A stretch of 50,183 nucleotides of DNA from the IMG/VR virus record IMGVR_UViG_3300009085_000039, positions 1 to 50,183 of that record. The stretch is one strand, 5' to 3'. Position numbers and translations under genes: made by a program. Source of the DNA: a virus. Taxonomy: Duplodnaviria; Caudoviricetes. Positions 35,415 through 45,458 of the stretch are shown here, in pieces. The notes under the pieces were generated by a model. That model did not search any database and was not told the DNA's origin. It worked only from the letters and a program-made list of their open reading frames with translations. How positions within the stretch are numbered: the first letter of the stretch is position 1; each line of letters begins with the position of its first letter.

Positions 35415-35969
35415 GTGGGGAGAGTCGGCGGTCATTGTAATATGACTAACATCGACCAGGGTGTGTTTGATTACATCCAGAAGCTCTTTGACATAGATAC
35501 AATGGTTGATGTCGGGTGTGGTCCAGGGGGGATGGTGTATATCGCAAAATGCCACGGTGTCCATGCAGTAGGGGTCGATGGAGACTCTAATGTAAATGCG
35601 GATATAACCCATAACTTCGATGACGGACCTCTTGATATTGGCCCGTTTGATTTAGCGTGGTCGGTGGAGTTTCTTGAGCATATTGAGGAACAATACTTAG
35701 TCAACGTCTTCTCTTTGTTTAAGAACTGCAAGTATGTCTTTTGCACTCACAACCCGAAACCGGGACCGTGGCACTTCAACTGCCAACCAAACGAGTATTG
35801 GATAGATGTATTTACTAAAAACGGATTCAGTTACGACAGGTCAATATCGGAACAGATTAAAGTCCACAGCACCATGCAGAGGGAGTTTGTTAAAAACAGC
35901 GGGGAGTTTTACATAAATGAAGGTTTCGATCATCGGCAAAGGGCGTGGTTGGGAGGAAGCCCCATATGA
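35415..35969 (+). CDS. Class I SAM-dependent methyltransferase
   Basis: VDVGCGPG, GVDG, FDLAWSVEFLEHI, HFNCQ..YW. Confidence 0.85.
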   Translation: MGRVGGHCNMTNIDQGVFDYIQKLFDIDTMVDVGCGPGGMVYIAKCHGVHAVGVDGDSNVNADITHNFDDGPLDIGPFDLAWSVEFLEHIEEQYLVNVFSLFKNCKYVFCTHNPKPGPWHFNCQPNEYWIDVFTKNGFSYDRSISEQIKVHSTMQREFVKNSGEFYINEGFDHRQRAWLGGSPI

Positions 35970-36426
35970 TTCAAGGACTTGGGGGATCACACAGTTAAAT
36001 CTCCGTCGTCCGGTGAATCGGGTCATTGATATGAATGACTACATGCTTTGGGGACCAGAGGAAGCTATGGAAGCGGCTCAATCCCGTATGCTTGCTGAGG
36101 TCTATGGGACAGAATATATCGATAGGGATTCATACCCATTAGAAGGTGTGATTGATAAATTCAAAACAGATTACTTTTCCAATTCCGTGGACTACGCGAT
36201 AGCCCTTGCGCTTTATGAAGGATATGATGAGATTCATCTTTACGGTGTGAACATGGAAACCAATTCTGAGTACGCATTTGAAAAAGCCGGGGTTGATTTC
36301 TGGTGTGGATATGCCCTTGGGTTAAAAGCCCAAGTGATAGTGCATGGTATGTTTTCGACTATCATGCGAACTAAGGACGGACTATTATACGGGTACGGGA
36401 GTCCCCAGAGAGAGAGGAGAATATGA
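35917..36426 (+). CDS. Maf/DUF115/GT29-like transferase-fold protein
   Basis: KVSIIGKG, NSVDYAIALALYEGYDEIHLYGVNM motifs. Confidence 0.55.
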   Translation: MKVSIIGKGRGWEEAPYDSRTWGITQLNLRRPVNRVIDMNDYMLWGPEEAMEAAQSRMLAEVYGTEYIDRDSYPLEGVIDKFKTDYFSNSVDYAIALALYEGYDEIHLYGVNMETNSEYAFEKAGVDFWCGYALGLKAQVIVHGMFSTIMRTKDGLLYGYGSPQRERRI

Positions 36427-36962
36427 CGGCACAGTTTTTTTCAGAGGCGGATATGACCACTAAAGAAGGCATAAAGAAAGTCTCTTCGGAATATCCGGCG
36501 TGGTATTACACGACTATGGTTGAAGACTTGAAAGACGATGTTCGGCGGGAAGAGTTTCAGCTTGAAAGCGGGGTTATCCCCGCCGACAGAATCCCACAGA
36601 TCAGGGATAAGGTCAAAAGACTCAAAAGCAAACTTGAGGAAATCGAAAATAGCGTTCCGAAGCTGAATGAAGTTGAAGAGGCTAAACTTTTGAAGGTTCG
36701 AAAGGATCTGGGTAAAGAGATCACCAATCTCATGTTTACCCGTTCGCAGATGCAGAAAGGCTTGGCGGATAGCCATACAGAAGCCCGACGAATGACGGAA
36801 CCGTGCATCACCGTTACTCCCGAAGTCGCGGAGGTAGCAAAATCGTGCAACATCACTATAAACAAAGGCAAACTGTCTCGGAACCAAGCAGAAAAGATAT
36901 GGAAGATCACCGGAAGGTATTTTAATGACATCTCAAATAGCGAAAGTCTCCGCAAGGATTAA
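36423..36962 (+). CDS. Hypothetical protein
   Basis: ATGA overlap; helical and charged. Confidence 0.7.
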   Translation: MTAQFFSEADMTTKEGIKKVSSEYPAWYYTTMVEDLKDDVRREEFQLESGVIPADRIPQIRDKVKRLKSKLEEIENSVPKLNEVEEAKLLKVRKDLGKEITNLMFTRSQMQKGLADSHTEARRMTEPCITVTPEVAEVAKSCNITINKGKLSRNQAEKIWKITGRYFNDISNSESLRKD

Positions 36963-36971
36963 GGTGACGTT

Positions 36972-37898
36972 ATGATCGGGATCGATTATATAAACAGATT
37001 GGCGCAGATTCTTAACGATGCACACCCAAGTGGGTATTTCCTCGACAAGAAAACCAGTTTCGATTTTATCTATGAAGCGGCGAAGAATTTTGCATCCGAT
37101 ACCCGATCACTCCATTCCACTCAGACCATAACCACGGTGGACGGGACTGCTAAGTACGCTCTTAACCCGAATTTCCTCAGAGTCTTGACGGAGGATTCGG
37201 ATGGGAAGGAAACGATACCATATAATAATGGAACCGATACGTCGTGGCTTTCATTTGAACAATATCCAACGATTGTTTACGAAGACCTTGATGAAGCAAC
37301 GCCTTACAGGTTTTCCATCACCGATAGACCAAAAGCGACTCAGTTGACCGGAACCGCGACATCGAGTTCGACCAATTCAGGTGGTGAAACCACACTAACG
37401 GATACCACGGCGGCATTCACCACTGTTCCTACCGGGTCTGCGGTATATAATACAACCTCAAGCTATGTCGGGTATGTGCTTTCGGTCACCTCTGGGACTG
37501 CCGTTAAAACCGCTATGTTTGACCTCTCAGCGGTTCAGAGCGCATATGCGAACTGGACATCCACAAATGCCTATATCGTTCAACCAGCGGCTCAGTATGA
37601 CCTTGTGTTAGACCCTACTCCTGATACTTCGGGTCATACGATAGCACTTGAGTATGTCTGTTCTCCTGATCCGGTTTATACCGATTACGGGAGTTACGGG
37701 TTTGCCTCGGGGTTTGAGGAGGCAATTCTGAAGTATGCCGCATGGCTCTATAAATACCGTGATGTCCAGCCTAAGTTTGGGGATATGCTTTACATGGCAT
37801 ACGATGGTCAGATGCGGAAGGCTCGGAGCAACAACAGGGCTATAAAGGGGATGAAAAGAGTTAGGGCGAATTTCATATCTTCTAAGCCGTGGAGATAA
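36972..37898 (+). CDS. Head-tail adaptor (tail tubular protein A-like) with an inserted beta-rich domain
   Basis: ITTVDGTAKYALNPNFLRV, LDPTPD, EEAILKYAAW motifs. Confidence 0.7.
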   Translation: MIGIDYINRLAQILNDAHPSGYFLDKKTSFDFIYEAAKNFASDTRSLHSTQTITTVDGTAKYALNPNFLRVLTEDSDGKETIPYNNGTDTSWLSFEQYPTIVYEDLDEATPYRFSITDRPKATQLTGTATSSSTNSGGETTLTDTTAAFTTVPTGSAVYNTTSSYVGYVLSVTSGTAVKTAMFDLSAVQSAYANWTSTNAYIVQPAAQYDLVLDPTPDTSGHTIALEYVCSPDPVYTDYGSYGFASGFEEAILKYAAWLYKYRDVQPKFGDMLYMAYDGQMRKARSNNRAIKGMKRVRANFISSKPWR

Positions 37899-37899
37899 A

Positions 37900-40158
37900 A
37901 TGGCTCGCAAAAAAGTAGAACCGAAGAAAAGTATCGCAGACATGGCACCTATCCCGATGAGGGGCGGGTGTAACACCTATCTCCCGGCGATAACCTTGCC
38001 ATCGGGTGCGTTTTCCATGATTCAGAATATGAGGGCAACGCATCCTGGGTTTAAGGCTCGGGCAGGGACGTTAAAACTTCATTCAACAGCTCATTCAGCA
38101 ACTAAGACGCTTTCGCTTTACCACTTCAGTAAAGGTAAAAGGTCGGAGAACCATTTCCTGGCGCAGTTTTCGGACGACGATTTATATCAAGCCACTACTC
38201 AACCTCCTGGTGTTACCACAGGTGTTTTCGGGACTTTGATGCACACCGGAACTGCGTCTTCGTACCCTGCGGCGTATTCTAATATAGATGATACGCTATT
38301 GTATTCCAACGGGGTGGATCAGCATCAACTCTATCCCGGTGATGCGAACCCGATCAAGAGTTTTGTCGTCTATCAGTCTGCGAATGCACTACCATTGATC
38401 CCCTCCATCGGGAAGGACTATACCAACGAAGTCTTGGATTCAAGCACGACGAGTTATGCCGATATTTCCGCGCTTGAAACTAACGTCAACGATTCGGTTC
38501 TTATCTGTTGCTCCTGTGTTCCGTCGAAGTTGAATATCACAATGATTGCGACGGCGTTAAATACTAACACCTCTGTTCTTTCGGTGGAATATTACAAGGA
38601 TAGTTGGGCATCCGTAACGGCTCTTTCGGATGGAACCGCTTCGGGTGGGAAGACGTTTGCACAAAGCGGGACGATTTCATGGACGGCTCCCACGGATATG
38701 ACACAGGGATATATGTTCGGGGTAACGGGTTTCTGGTTGAGGTTGACCGTTTCATTGACGCTTAGTGCCACGGTAAGAATTGCCCAAGTAACTTATGGTG
38801 GTGTGTTCCAATCGCTTCAAAACGTATGGGACGGTGAAAGTCTGGTCGCAATTGAGGCAAGGTTTTATATCCATGCAAGCGCAGCGTATTTTACCTATTA
38901 TGGGTCATCGATCGACATTTCAAGCATGGTTGCCACGGATGATGCGATTTATTTCAATTCACTTGATTTAATCAGTGCGTTTTATATCGACAGCACTTCT
39001 GCCCCTTCGGTGACGGCAAGCGTGACTCCACATTTGTATTACTACACCGGATCGGCATGGACAGAGGTAAGCGGTCTTGTGGACAATACAGCAGGGTTTA
39101 CTAAACCTGGATGGGTGACGTTCACAAAAACTGCCGCACAAAAGACCATGTTTCAGACATCCTATTATTCATACTGGTGGAAGATAACTGTAACGGGTGG
39201 CAATATCTCAGCCGATACGCGGATAGGGATTTATACCATGCCCTACTATGACATAAACGACATCTGCACCACTGGGAGGGTGAATTGTGCATGGAAGAAC
39301 AGGGCGGTTTACGGAACCAATAGGGATCAGTATCTTTTGGTTTCGGCACTCCATCAGCCGATGGTTCTCAACGGAAGTGATTCTGCGGTGATTGACCCAG
39401 GTGATGGCAGGGCGAACATTCCTATTTGCGCGAAACAGTTCAAAAACGAACTCATGGTATGGCAAGAGGAGAAGGGAACAGAAGGCGGATGTTTTACGCT
39501 CTTTGAAGGCTATAGCCCTGAAACCTTCGGTAAGTTGGTTCTATCAACCAAACTTGGCGCGATGAACTCCAAAAGCGCAGTCGTTGTCGAGGGTGTTGCG
39601 GTAAGCACCGAAACGGGCGTTGAGATCCGCACAGTGGTTTATGTCCTTAGTCACTACGGAGTTTATGTTTCGGATGGAAGGTATTGCACTATTATTTCAG
39701 ACGACATAAGGGACAGGTTTGATACCACAAACGCAAATTGTATTAGAAGAGGTTACGAATCGGATATGTGGATTGCCTATGATTCGACCTACAATGTCCT
39801 GAAACTTGGTTTGGTGTGCGGAACCGGAACGGTGCCGAATGTGTTTCCAGTGTACGACATTACTGACAGTTCATGGATGTTCGATTATGGTCAGAATATA
39901 TCAAGTTTCTGTGAAGTCGAAGCCGGTAGCGGTACTGCTCCTGTTCTCCAATGTGGGGGTGGTAGTGCGGATGGTTTAGTGCATCTCCTGAACAGCGGCA
40001 CAACTGATAACGGGACTGCGATAGATTCTTATGTCACAATAGAACTCGATGGTGCTGGTATGGTCATGAATGCAAGGGAACTCATTCTCTCCAAGACCGG
40101 GGACGTGACCATAACGCCCTACCAGGACGGAACAGCTCAGACCGCAAAGGTGATTTGA
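37900..40158 (+). CDS. Tail stabilisation / tubular protein B-like
   Basis: GGCN...QNMR..GFKARAG N-terminus; YVLSHYGVYVSDG...ISDDI; follows the adaptor. Confidence 0.7.
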   Translation: MARKKVEPKKSIADMAPIPMRGGCNTYLPAITLPSGAFSMIQNMRATHPGFKARAGTLKLHSTAHSATKTLSLYHFSKGKRSENHFLAQFSDDDLYQATTQPPGVTTGVFGTLMHTGTASSYPAAYSNIDDTLLYSNGVDQHQLYPGDANPIKSFVVYQSANALPLIPSIGKDYTNEVLDSSTTSYADISALETNVNDSVLICCSCVPSKLNITMIATALNTNTSVLSVEYYKDSWASVTALSDGTASGGKTFAQSGTISWTAPTDMTQGYMFGVTGFWLRLTVSLTLSATVRIAQVTYGGVFQSLQNVWDGESLVAIEARFYIHASAAYFTYYGSSIDISSMVATDDAIYFNSLDLISAFYIDSTSAPSVTASVTPHLYYYTGSAWTEVSGLVDNTAGFTKPGWVTFTKTAAQKTMFQTSYYSYWWKITVTGGNISADTRIGIYTMPYYDINDICTTGRVNCAWKNRAVYGTNRDQYLLVSALHQPMVLNGSDSAVIDPGDGRANIPICAKQFKNELMVWQEEKGTEGGCFTLFEGYSPETFGKLVLSTKLGAMNSKSAVVVEGVAVSTETGVEIRTVVYVLSHYGVYVSDGRYCTIISDDIRDRFDTTNANCIRRGYESDMWIAYDSTYNVLKLGLVCGTGTVPNVFPVYDITDSSWMFDYGQNISSFCEVEAGSGTAPVLQCGGGSADGLVHLLNSGTTDNGTAIDSYVTIELDGAGMVMNARELILSKTGDVTITPYQDGTAQTAKVI

Positions 40159-40376
40159 TGGATAGGGTAAGGATGAGTCTGAATATCACAGGAAAGCACG
40201 GATCGCTTAAGCTCGCGGGTAGCGATCTGAGTGAACTGGTCGTGTTAAAAAATGATGCGGTTGAGATAACGCCTTATGTCCCTTTGAATGTCATTGGGGA
40301 ACACATTGGGATTAAAATGGCAGGGTCGAGATTGGATTACGTTTGTTTCAATATAGAACCAATGGCGGCAAGATGA
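40158..40376 (+). CDS. Small protein resembling a detached C-terminus of the upstream tail protein
   Basis: TGATG coupling; ELVV..VEITPY resembles ELIL..VTITPY upstream; internal LNITGKH..KLAGS / LNVIGEH..KMAGS duplication. Confidence 0.5.
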   Translation: MDRVRMSLNITGKHGSLKLAGSDLSELVVLKNDAVEITPYVPLNVIGEHIGIKMAGSRLDYVCFNIEPMAAR

Positions 40377-41656
40377 AAGAGTATTTCAGAAAACCACATA
40401 TTGCCAAAAGCTACGTTGATATGTTCGAAAGAACATCTGAAAAACAGATGCAGTCTGAAAGTGTATATAAACATTCCGAGTTTAAGAAGCCATACAACTC
40501 TGATAGTTATGACGATATGGAGCAGATGGTTCAGCCCACGTTCAACTTTGGTGGAATTGCGCCTCCTAAATGGGACTATCCGCCTGACGAGAAGAAAATA
40601 TTTAGATGGAAAATCATAAGGACACTCAAGGAGAAGATAAAAGATTTTTATCATCGGGAAACAACGGGAGAACTAAAAATTACGGGAGAACTAAAAATTA
40701 CGGGAGAACTAAAAATTATTGATGGGCCGATTGGTGAAATCTCTCCCAGGACTTTTGCAGCTGGTGGTACGGGTCCAACAAAGAAGGAAAGAACTTGTGC
40801 TGATTACTGGCGTGAGTTGTTTGGGAATTGGACAGGGGGTGTAGTTGATAGCGATGGGATGAGATTGATAAACAAATACGCTATGGTGTGTCCCGTTATA
40901 TTTGAACCACCCTATGACTGTTGCAAAGACGCAAAGATGTCCGATCAGAATGGGTTTGAAAGGAAAGCTGGATGCACTTATACCTGGACGAAGAAACTTG
41001 TATCAAAATCAGGAAGCACTTGTACTTATCTTGTTGAGGTATGGACTATATGGCAGAACGAACCATGCTTCAGTAAAACCATAACGGCAGTTTGCGGGTC
41101 CGTAACTGCGGTCAATAATCAATTATATTATAGAACTGTACTATGTGGCGGTACTGAATCGATAGGTTATGTGTCCCTTCAAATGGCGGTGGATGAAATT
41201 CAGTCCTTCACAATAGTAGATGAACAGGTTGGAGCATCATACGATTGGGTAATCACTTCAGGGGGTGGATCAATAACAGGTGACGGAGTATATACAGCAC
41301 CTTCTTACAATGTGGATTGTTTACAAAACCCGACGATAGCATTGAAATGTGGTGGGAACATTATGGCAACCATAAGCCTTGCGGTGAATGGTCCTTATTA
41401 TGCAACGTCTTTAGCATCAGAAGTATGTTGTCAGCCGGTGTCACCGCTGCAAGATTATAACTGTCTTAACTACCAGAAGTGTAACGGAACATATCAAAAC
41501 GCCACTGACGCTCAATGTCTCTCGGCTTGCGGAGCCAATTCTGGTACACTTGCGTATAACCCCTGCGGTTGGCCCACGCCTGGGGGGAGTTATACTACCG
41601 ATCTAAGGACAGCGGATATGAAAACAGCATGGTGTTGTGTTACTTCGTTGTTATAG
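40373..41656 (+). CDS. Cys-rich virion-associated protein with an Ig-like segment
   Basis: Many Cys; YDWVITSGGGSITGDGVYTAP; ATGA overlap. Confidence 0.55.
   Translation: MKEYFRKPHIAKSYVDMFERTSEKQMQSESVYKHSEFKKPYNSDSYDDMEQMVQPTFNFGGIAPPKWDYPPDEKKIFRWKIIRTLKEKIKDFYHRETTGELKITGELKITGELKIIDGPIGEISPRTFAAGGTGPTKKERTCADYWRELFGNWTGGVVDSDGMRLINKYAMVCPVIFEPPYDCCKDAKMSDQNGFERKAGCTYTWTKKLVSKSGSTCTYLVEVWTIWQNEPCFSKTITAVCGSVTAVNNQLYYRTVLCGGTESIGYVSLQMAVDEIQSFTIVDEQVGASYDWVITSGGGSITGDGVYTAPSYNVDCLQNPTIALKCGGNIMATISLAVNGPYYATSLASEVCCQPVSPLQDYNCLNYQKCNGTYQNATDAQCLSACGANSGTLAYNPCGWPTPGGSYTTDLRTADMKTAWCCVTSLL
40664..40717. repeat. Perfect 18-bp tandem repeat x3 (ACGGGAGAACTAAAAATT; TGELKI)
   Basis: Read directly. 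Confidence 0.95.
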
Positions 41657-41663
41657 GAAAGTT

Positions 41664-42053
41664 ATGAAAGAGCTTACCAAAGAACAGTTATATGACAGGG
41701 TGATGGCGGTTCAAAGGGCGAAGGCTATCTTTATAGAGTCCGGGTTGACGAACAATATTACTAAAGCCTTTGAAGCGTACCAAGAGATATTTGCGGAGAG
41801 AGAACGGGAGATATTTCTATCATCCCAAGTCCACGGGAACAGAGAAAAGACTGTTCTGGATAAATATGAACGTATTAGATGCCCGGATTGTGATTCAGAT
41901 ATGATGTTTAGGCAAGTTCCTACAAACCCAGAGGGGATAAAAGTGCAACTTGTTTGCAGTAACGGCGAATGCGATACGGTGCTTAATTCGGAGAACGATT
42001 TACTGTGGTGGATGCAGAACATGAGGGTGAAAGATGGACCTGTCGCAACTTAA
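41664..42053 (+). CDS. Hypothetical zinc-ribbon protein
   Basis: RCPDCD...VCSNGEC. Confidence 0.65.
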   Translation: MKELTKEQLYDRVMAVQRAKAIFIESGLTNNITKAFEAYQEIFAEREREIFLSSQVHGNREKTVLDKYERIRCPDCDSDMMFRQVPTNPEGIKVQLVCSNGECDTVLNSENDLLWWMQNMRVKDGPVAT

Positions 42054-42252
42054 AAAGTCATCTAAGAAGGATGATGTACCAGGAACTGTGGAAGCGTATC
42101 TTGAAGAGTTATGCCCCGTTCCTAATTGCGGGAAAAAGTTGAAATTGATGAAACCATGCTGCACCAGCAGGTTCTTTACGAAGGAATGTAAATGTGGATA
42201 TAAAGCTACTGTCAATCATTATGTTGGGGATAGCCGCCGAAGCACTGGTTGA
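42034..42252 (+). CDS. Small Cys-rich protein
   Basis: CPVPNCG...PCC...ECKCGY. Confidence 0.6.
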   Translation: MDLSQLKKSSKKDDVPGTVEAYLEELCPVPNCGKKLKLMKPCCTSRFFTKECKCGYKATVNHYVGDSRRSTG

Positions 42253-42535
42253 GTTGATTAAGAAGGCTGGCCCATTACAGGGAGCAAGAAGATGGATTAT
42301 CTGCAAGACACCGTTTCTTTACAGCAGAGAGATGGAAACACATTTGCTGCAATGCCCATATTGTATCAGCTTATGGCTTGGGATTTTGGCGGCGATAGGA
42401 TATTTATTTATGGAATCAGTGGTGGTTCAGTTTATTGTGGTTGGACTTGTTTTGCACAGATTGAGCAATTATATTCATATCTTATGGAGTATAACGAAGG
42501 ATAGGCAGATGGACATTCGTATAAGGAGGGGTTGA
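42221..42535 (+). CDS. DUF1360-like membrane protein
   Basis: LLQCPYCISLWLG motif between TM segments; start codon uncertain. Confidence 0.6.
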   Translation: MLGIAAEALVELIKKAGPLQGARRWIICKTPFLYSREMETHLLQCPYCISLWLGILAAIGYLFMESVVVQFIVVGLVLHRLSNYIHILWSITKDRQMDIRIRRG

Positions 42536-42536
42536 G

Positions 42537-43685
42537 ATGCCTTACGATGCTGAGGGACAATATTATGAAGGGGCGCAGGTTAGTTCTTCCGATTTTCAGC
42601 CTGTGAGTGCGTTCTATCAGGATGATGATTATTGGTCGGGGAATGATAAAAATACGCCTATGAGTGCCTTTGGGCAAGAAAATGACTTGTTTGGAAGCCA
42701 ACCTGCTCTTGGCCCATCTGTCAATGATAATTTATCTCTTAAATATGGAAGAGAGTATGAAGGCATAGGACAACCATATTGGAACGGGAACGCATGGACG
42801 CTCGGTTCAAGCGGTGGGACGACAAATAAAGCCATTACTCCAAAAGTGAGTTCATCCAGTGGCACAAGTTCATCTAACCGAACTCCGGTATCTTCTGGTC
42901 CAAGTAGGGTTTCATCCATGCCTGATTCAAGGTTCGCAACAACCCCAGCCATAGCTACCGTGGTAAGACCTCAATCGGCATTACAACCTGTCATTCCTCC
43001 TGCCATTGATCGGTTTGTTTCCATTCCTCAATCTATGTATCAGATGACAACCACCTTTCCTGAGACAAGTAATGTAATCAAGGATACATGGGGAAGAACG
43101 GTTACGGCCCCTCAGACTCAAATCACAACGGGGGAGACTACAAGCACAACTCATAAAGTGCCTACAATGGCATTGCCTCAATATCAAGAGACACCGGCTT
43201 TGGTAGCCCCTCCCCGTAACGCTATGAGAGAGAGGATGCTTGCACAAGAAGAAGCGTCTTTGGGAGTGGGTGAATGGCGGCAGTCACTTAAATCAGGATT
43301 GAATAAGATCATGTCCGAGGGGAATTTCGCTGCAAGAGGGGCGCAGATGCGTGAACTGTTCTCCGGTGCTGGTAAAGCCCTTGGGAGGATACTGCAATCC
43401 GCAAGTTCGGCGGCGAGGAAACAGTATAACGAGGAGTATGCAACAGCGGTTTCTTTTGCGGTTGAGAATTATCGTGGTCAACTCCAACAGAGGCTTTCAA
43501 AGTATTCTCAGGACATTCAGATGTACCTTGGTACAATGGAGAATCAGACTACGCAATCATCGAATCAGAGTGTGTTCACTTCGGGTGGCGGCACGACAAC
43601 CACGGGTGGGACAACAGTAACCGAAAATAAAAGTGGTGGCGGCCAACTGACCGAAAAAAGCACAACAAGACCCGCAGGGTATTAG
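42537..43685 (+). CDS. Putative DNA ejection / internal virion protein
   Basis: Low-complexity S/T/G/Q sequence with a helical core; after the tail genes. Confidence 0.55.
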   Translation: MPYDAEGQYYEGAQVSSSDFQPVSAFYQDDDYWSGNDKNTPMSAFGQENDLFGSQPALGPSVNDNLSLKYGREYEGIGQPYWNGNAWTLGSSGGTTNKAITPKVSSSSGTSSSNRTPVSSGPSRVSSMPDSRFATTPAIATVVRPQSALQPVIPPAIDRFVSIPQSMYQMTTTFPETSNVIKDTWGRTVTAPQTQITTGETTSTTHKVPTMALPQYQETPALVAPPRNAMRERMLAQEEASLGVGEWRQSLKSGLNKIMSEGNFAARGAQMRELFSGAGKALGRILQSASSAARKQYNEEYATAVSFAVENYRGQLQQRLSKYSQDIQMYLGTMENQTTQSSNQSVFTSGGGTTTTGGTTVTENKSGGGQLTEKSTTRPAGY

Positions 43686-43694
43686 GAGGTTATC

Positions 43695-45458
43695 ATGGGT
43701 GAATGGCAAGCAGAAGACACGGCAACTGATTATCCACGAGGCCCATACCCGACTGACCTCATTGTTTCGGAAGACAGCCAAAGCCTCATAAAACGGGATC
43801 TAACCGATGAACCGAATCCTGAGAAATTCACATTCACTCCTGATATGGGGCCAGTGGATTTGCGGGTTAATTATGGGCTTAACCAACCCGCTATCAATAG
43901 TCAGATCCCTGGATCAGCACTTGGTACGACAGAAGTTGTGGGTTACGACAATAGGACAGCCATAAGAAAAGGTGGTCAAGAGACATGGACGACTCCCGAA
44001 GGGAATGAGGTCACGGAAGACTATTACAAAACGGGCGGGAAATACGGTAAAGCAGATGATCCTCATAAGGATTCGGATGTCATCTATTACCCCGATGAGA
44101 TCCATACCAAGAAACCTGACGGGACTTGGGATGTCACCGCACGACCTCAGCCGCCCAAGAAAGACCCTGTCTTGGACCAGATAGACAAGTTATCAAATAC
44201 ATCACCGGAAGATGTGGTGAGAACCGCAGAACGGAAGTTTGGTGTTTCTTTAACTCAATCTCCCAAAGAACAAGCTATGGCAAGAGTGAGCCAAAGCGAT
44301 TCCATTGCATTTAAGGATATGTTCGGGGTTGATATTAGCAGGGCTACACCTGCAATGTCGGCAATGTTCAGAGATAAACGAAAATCAGAATTGGCAAGTT
44401 TTACTAAGCATTACGAACAACAGGCGGCACAAGCGGCACAGTATATTAAACAAAATTCACCCGAGGAGCTTCTGAAACTCAAGAAGTCTTATCTGGAAGT
44501 TAAAAAACTGGAAGAGGATTTGAAAAATAGAACCCCGAAACAAGAACCGAAACGCATGAAATCCTACTATAATGCCGAAGGGAAATATGTGGGCGAGTTT
44601 AACGTCAATGACCCGAACTTGGGGAAACTGATTGAGGAGAAAGGTCTTACCCCTGACAAACCTGCGAAACCGGCAAACGAAGATTCCTTAATCAAAGGAG
44701 CTATAAGTCAAATAGATGCCCATATCGCTAAGAATTATACGCCTGAGATCAAGGCAGAAAGAGCATTGATAAATCTCATTGCAACAGGGAAGGGAGTTGA
44801 TAGCAAAGGGAAACCCTACAAGGATGAGGCGGCGAAGTCTAATGCGATTCAAATCCATATGAAGCGGATTGAAGACATGGAACAAAAAAGGGATCAGGCA
44901 CTTGCGACGAAAGCATTGATCCAGAACAAAGAACTACATCCTTCTCAGGTGGTTTGGGGCGGGAATAAGGAATCCGCTCCTACGGATTCAGCAAAAGAAT
45001 CCGAGTTTGATCCAGAGGGAACGGGATACGATTACGAAACGGCAAAAATGTCTGGTCTAAAACCTGACGCATCCGGGCATTGGCCGTCGAGAGATCCTCT
45101 TACCGGACAGATATTGAAAGGCAAAAAACATGAAACATTTTCTAAAACGGAAGAGGGGGAAAAAGTAGCTGGACACACAATAATCAAAGCATCAAATGGA
45201 AGGTATTACTCCTATACAAAGGATAAGTTACCAACAACCACTACCGTTCCGTCTACAATGCCAGCTGCGGCTCCAAAGAACATAGGCACACCGAATAAAC
45301 CTGTGGTTCCACCTGTTACAGTGCCTCCGATGGTGAATCAGCAGACTCTTGTGGATGAAGCAAACAAGGCTATTCAGGGTGGTGCTAATCCCGATTTGGT
45401 TATGAAACGTCTGAAAGAAAAGTACGGCATCGAGGTAAAAATGCGAGAGGTAAAATAA
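43695..45458 (+). CDS. Putative DNA ejection / internal virion protein
   Basis: 587 aa, helical; C-terminal EANKAIQGGANPDLVMKRL; SD AGGAGG. Confidence 0.55.
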   Translation: MGEWQAEDTATDYPRGPYPTDLIVSEDSQSLIKRDLTDEPNPEKFTFTPDMGPVDLRVNYGLNQPAINSQIPGSALGTTEVVGYDNRTAIRKGGQETWTTPEGNEVTEDYYKTGGKYGKADDPHKDSDVIYYPDEIHTKKPDGTWDVTARPQPPKKDPVLDQIDKLSNTSPEDVVRTAERKFGVSLTQSPKEQAMARVSQSDSIAFKDMFGVDISRATPAMSAMFRDKRKSELASFTKHYEQQAAQAAQYIKQNSPEELLKLKKSYLEVKKLEEDLKNRTPKQEPKRMKSYYNAEGKYVGEFNVNDPNLGKLIEEKGLTPDKPAKPANEDSLIKGAISQIDAHIAKNYTPEIKAERALINLIATGKGVDSKGKPYKDEAAKSNAIQIHMKRIEDMEQKRDQALATKALIQNKELHPSQVVWGGNKESAPTDSAKESEFDPEGTGYDYETAKMSGLKPDASGHWPSRDPLTGQILKGKKHETFSKTEEGEKVAGHTIIKASNGRYYSYTKDKLPTTTTVPSTMPAAAPKNIGTPNKPVVPPVTVPPMVNQQTLVDEANKAIQGGANPDLVMKRLKEKYGIEVKMREVK

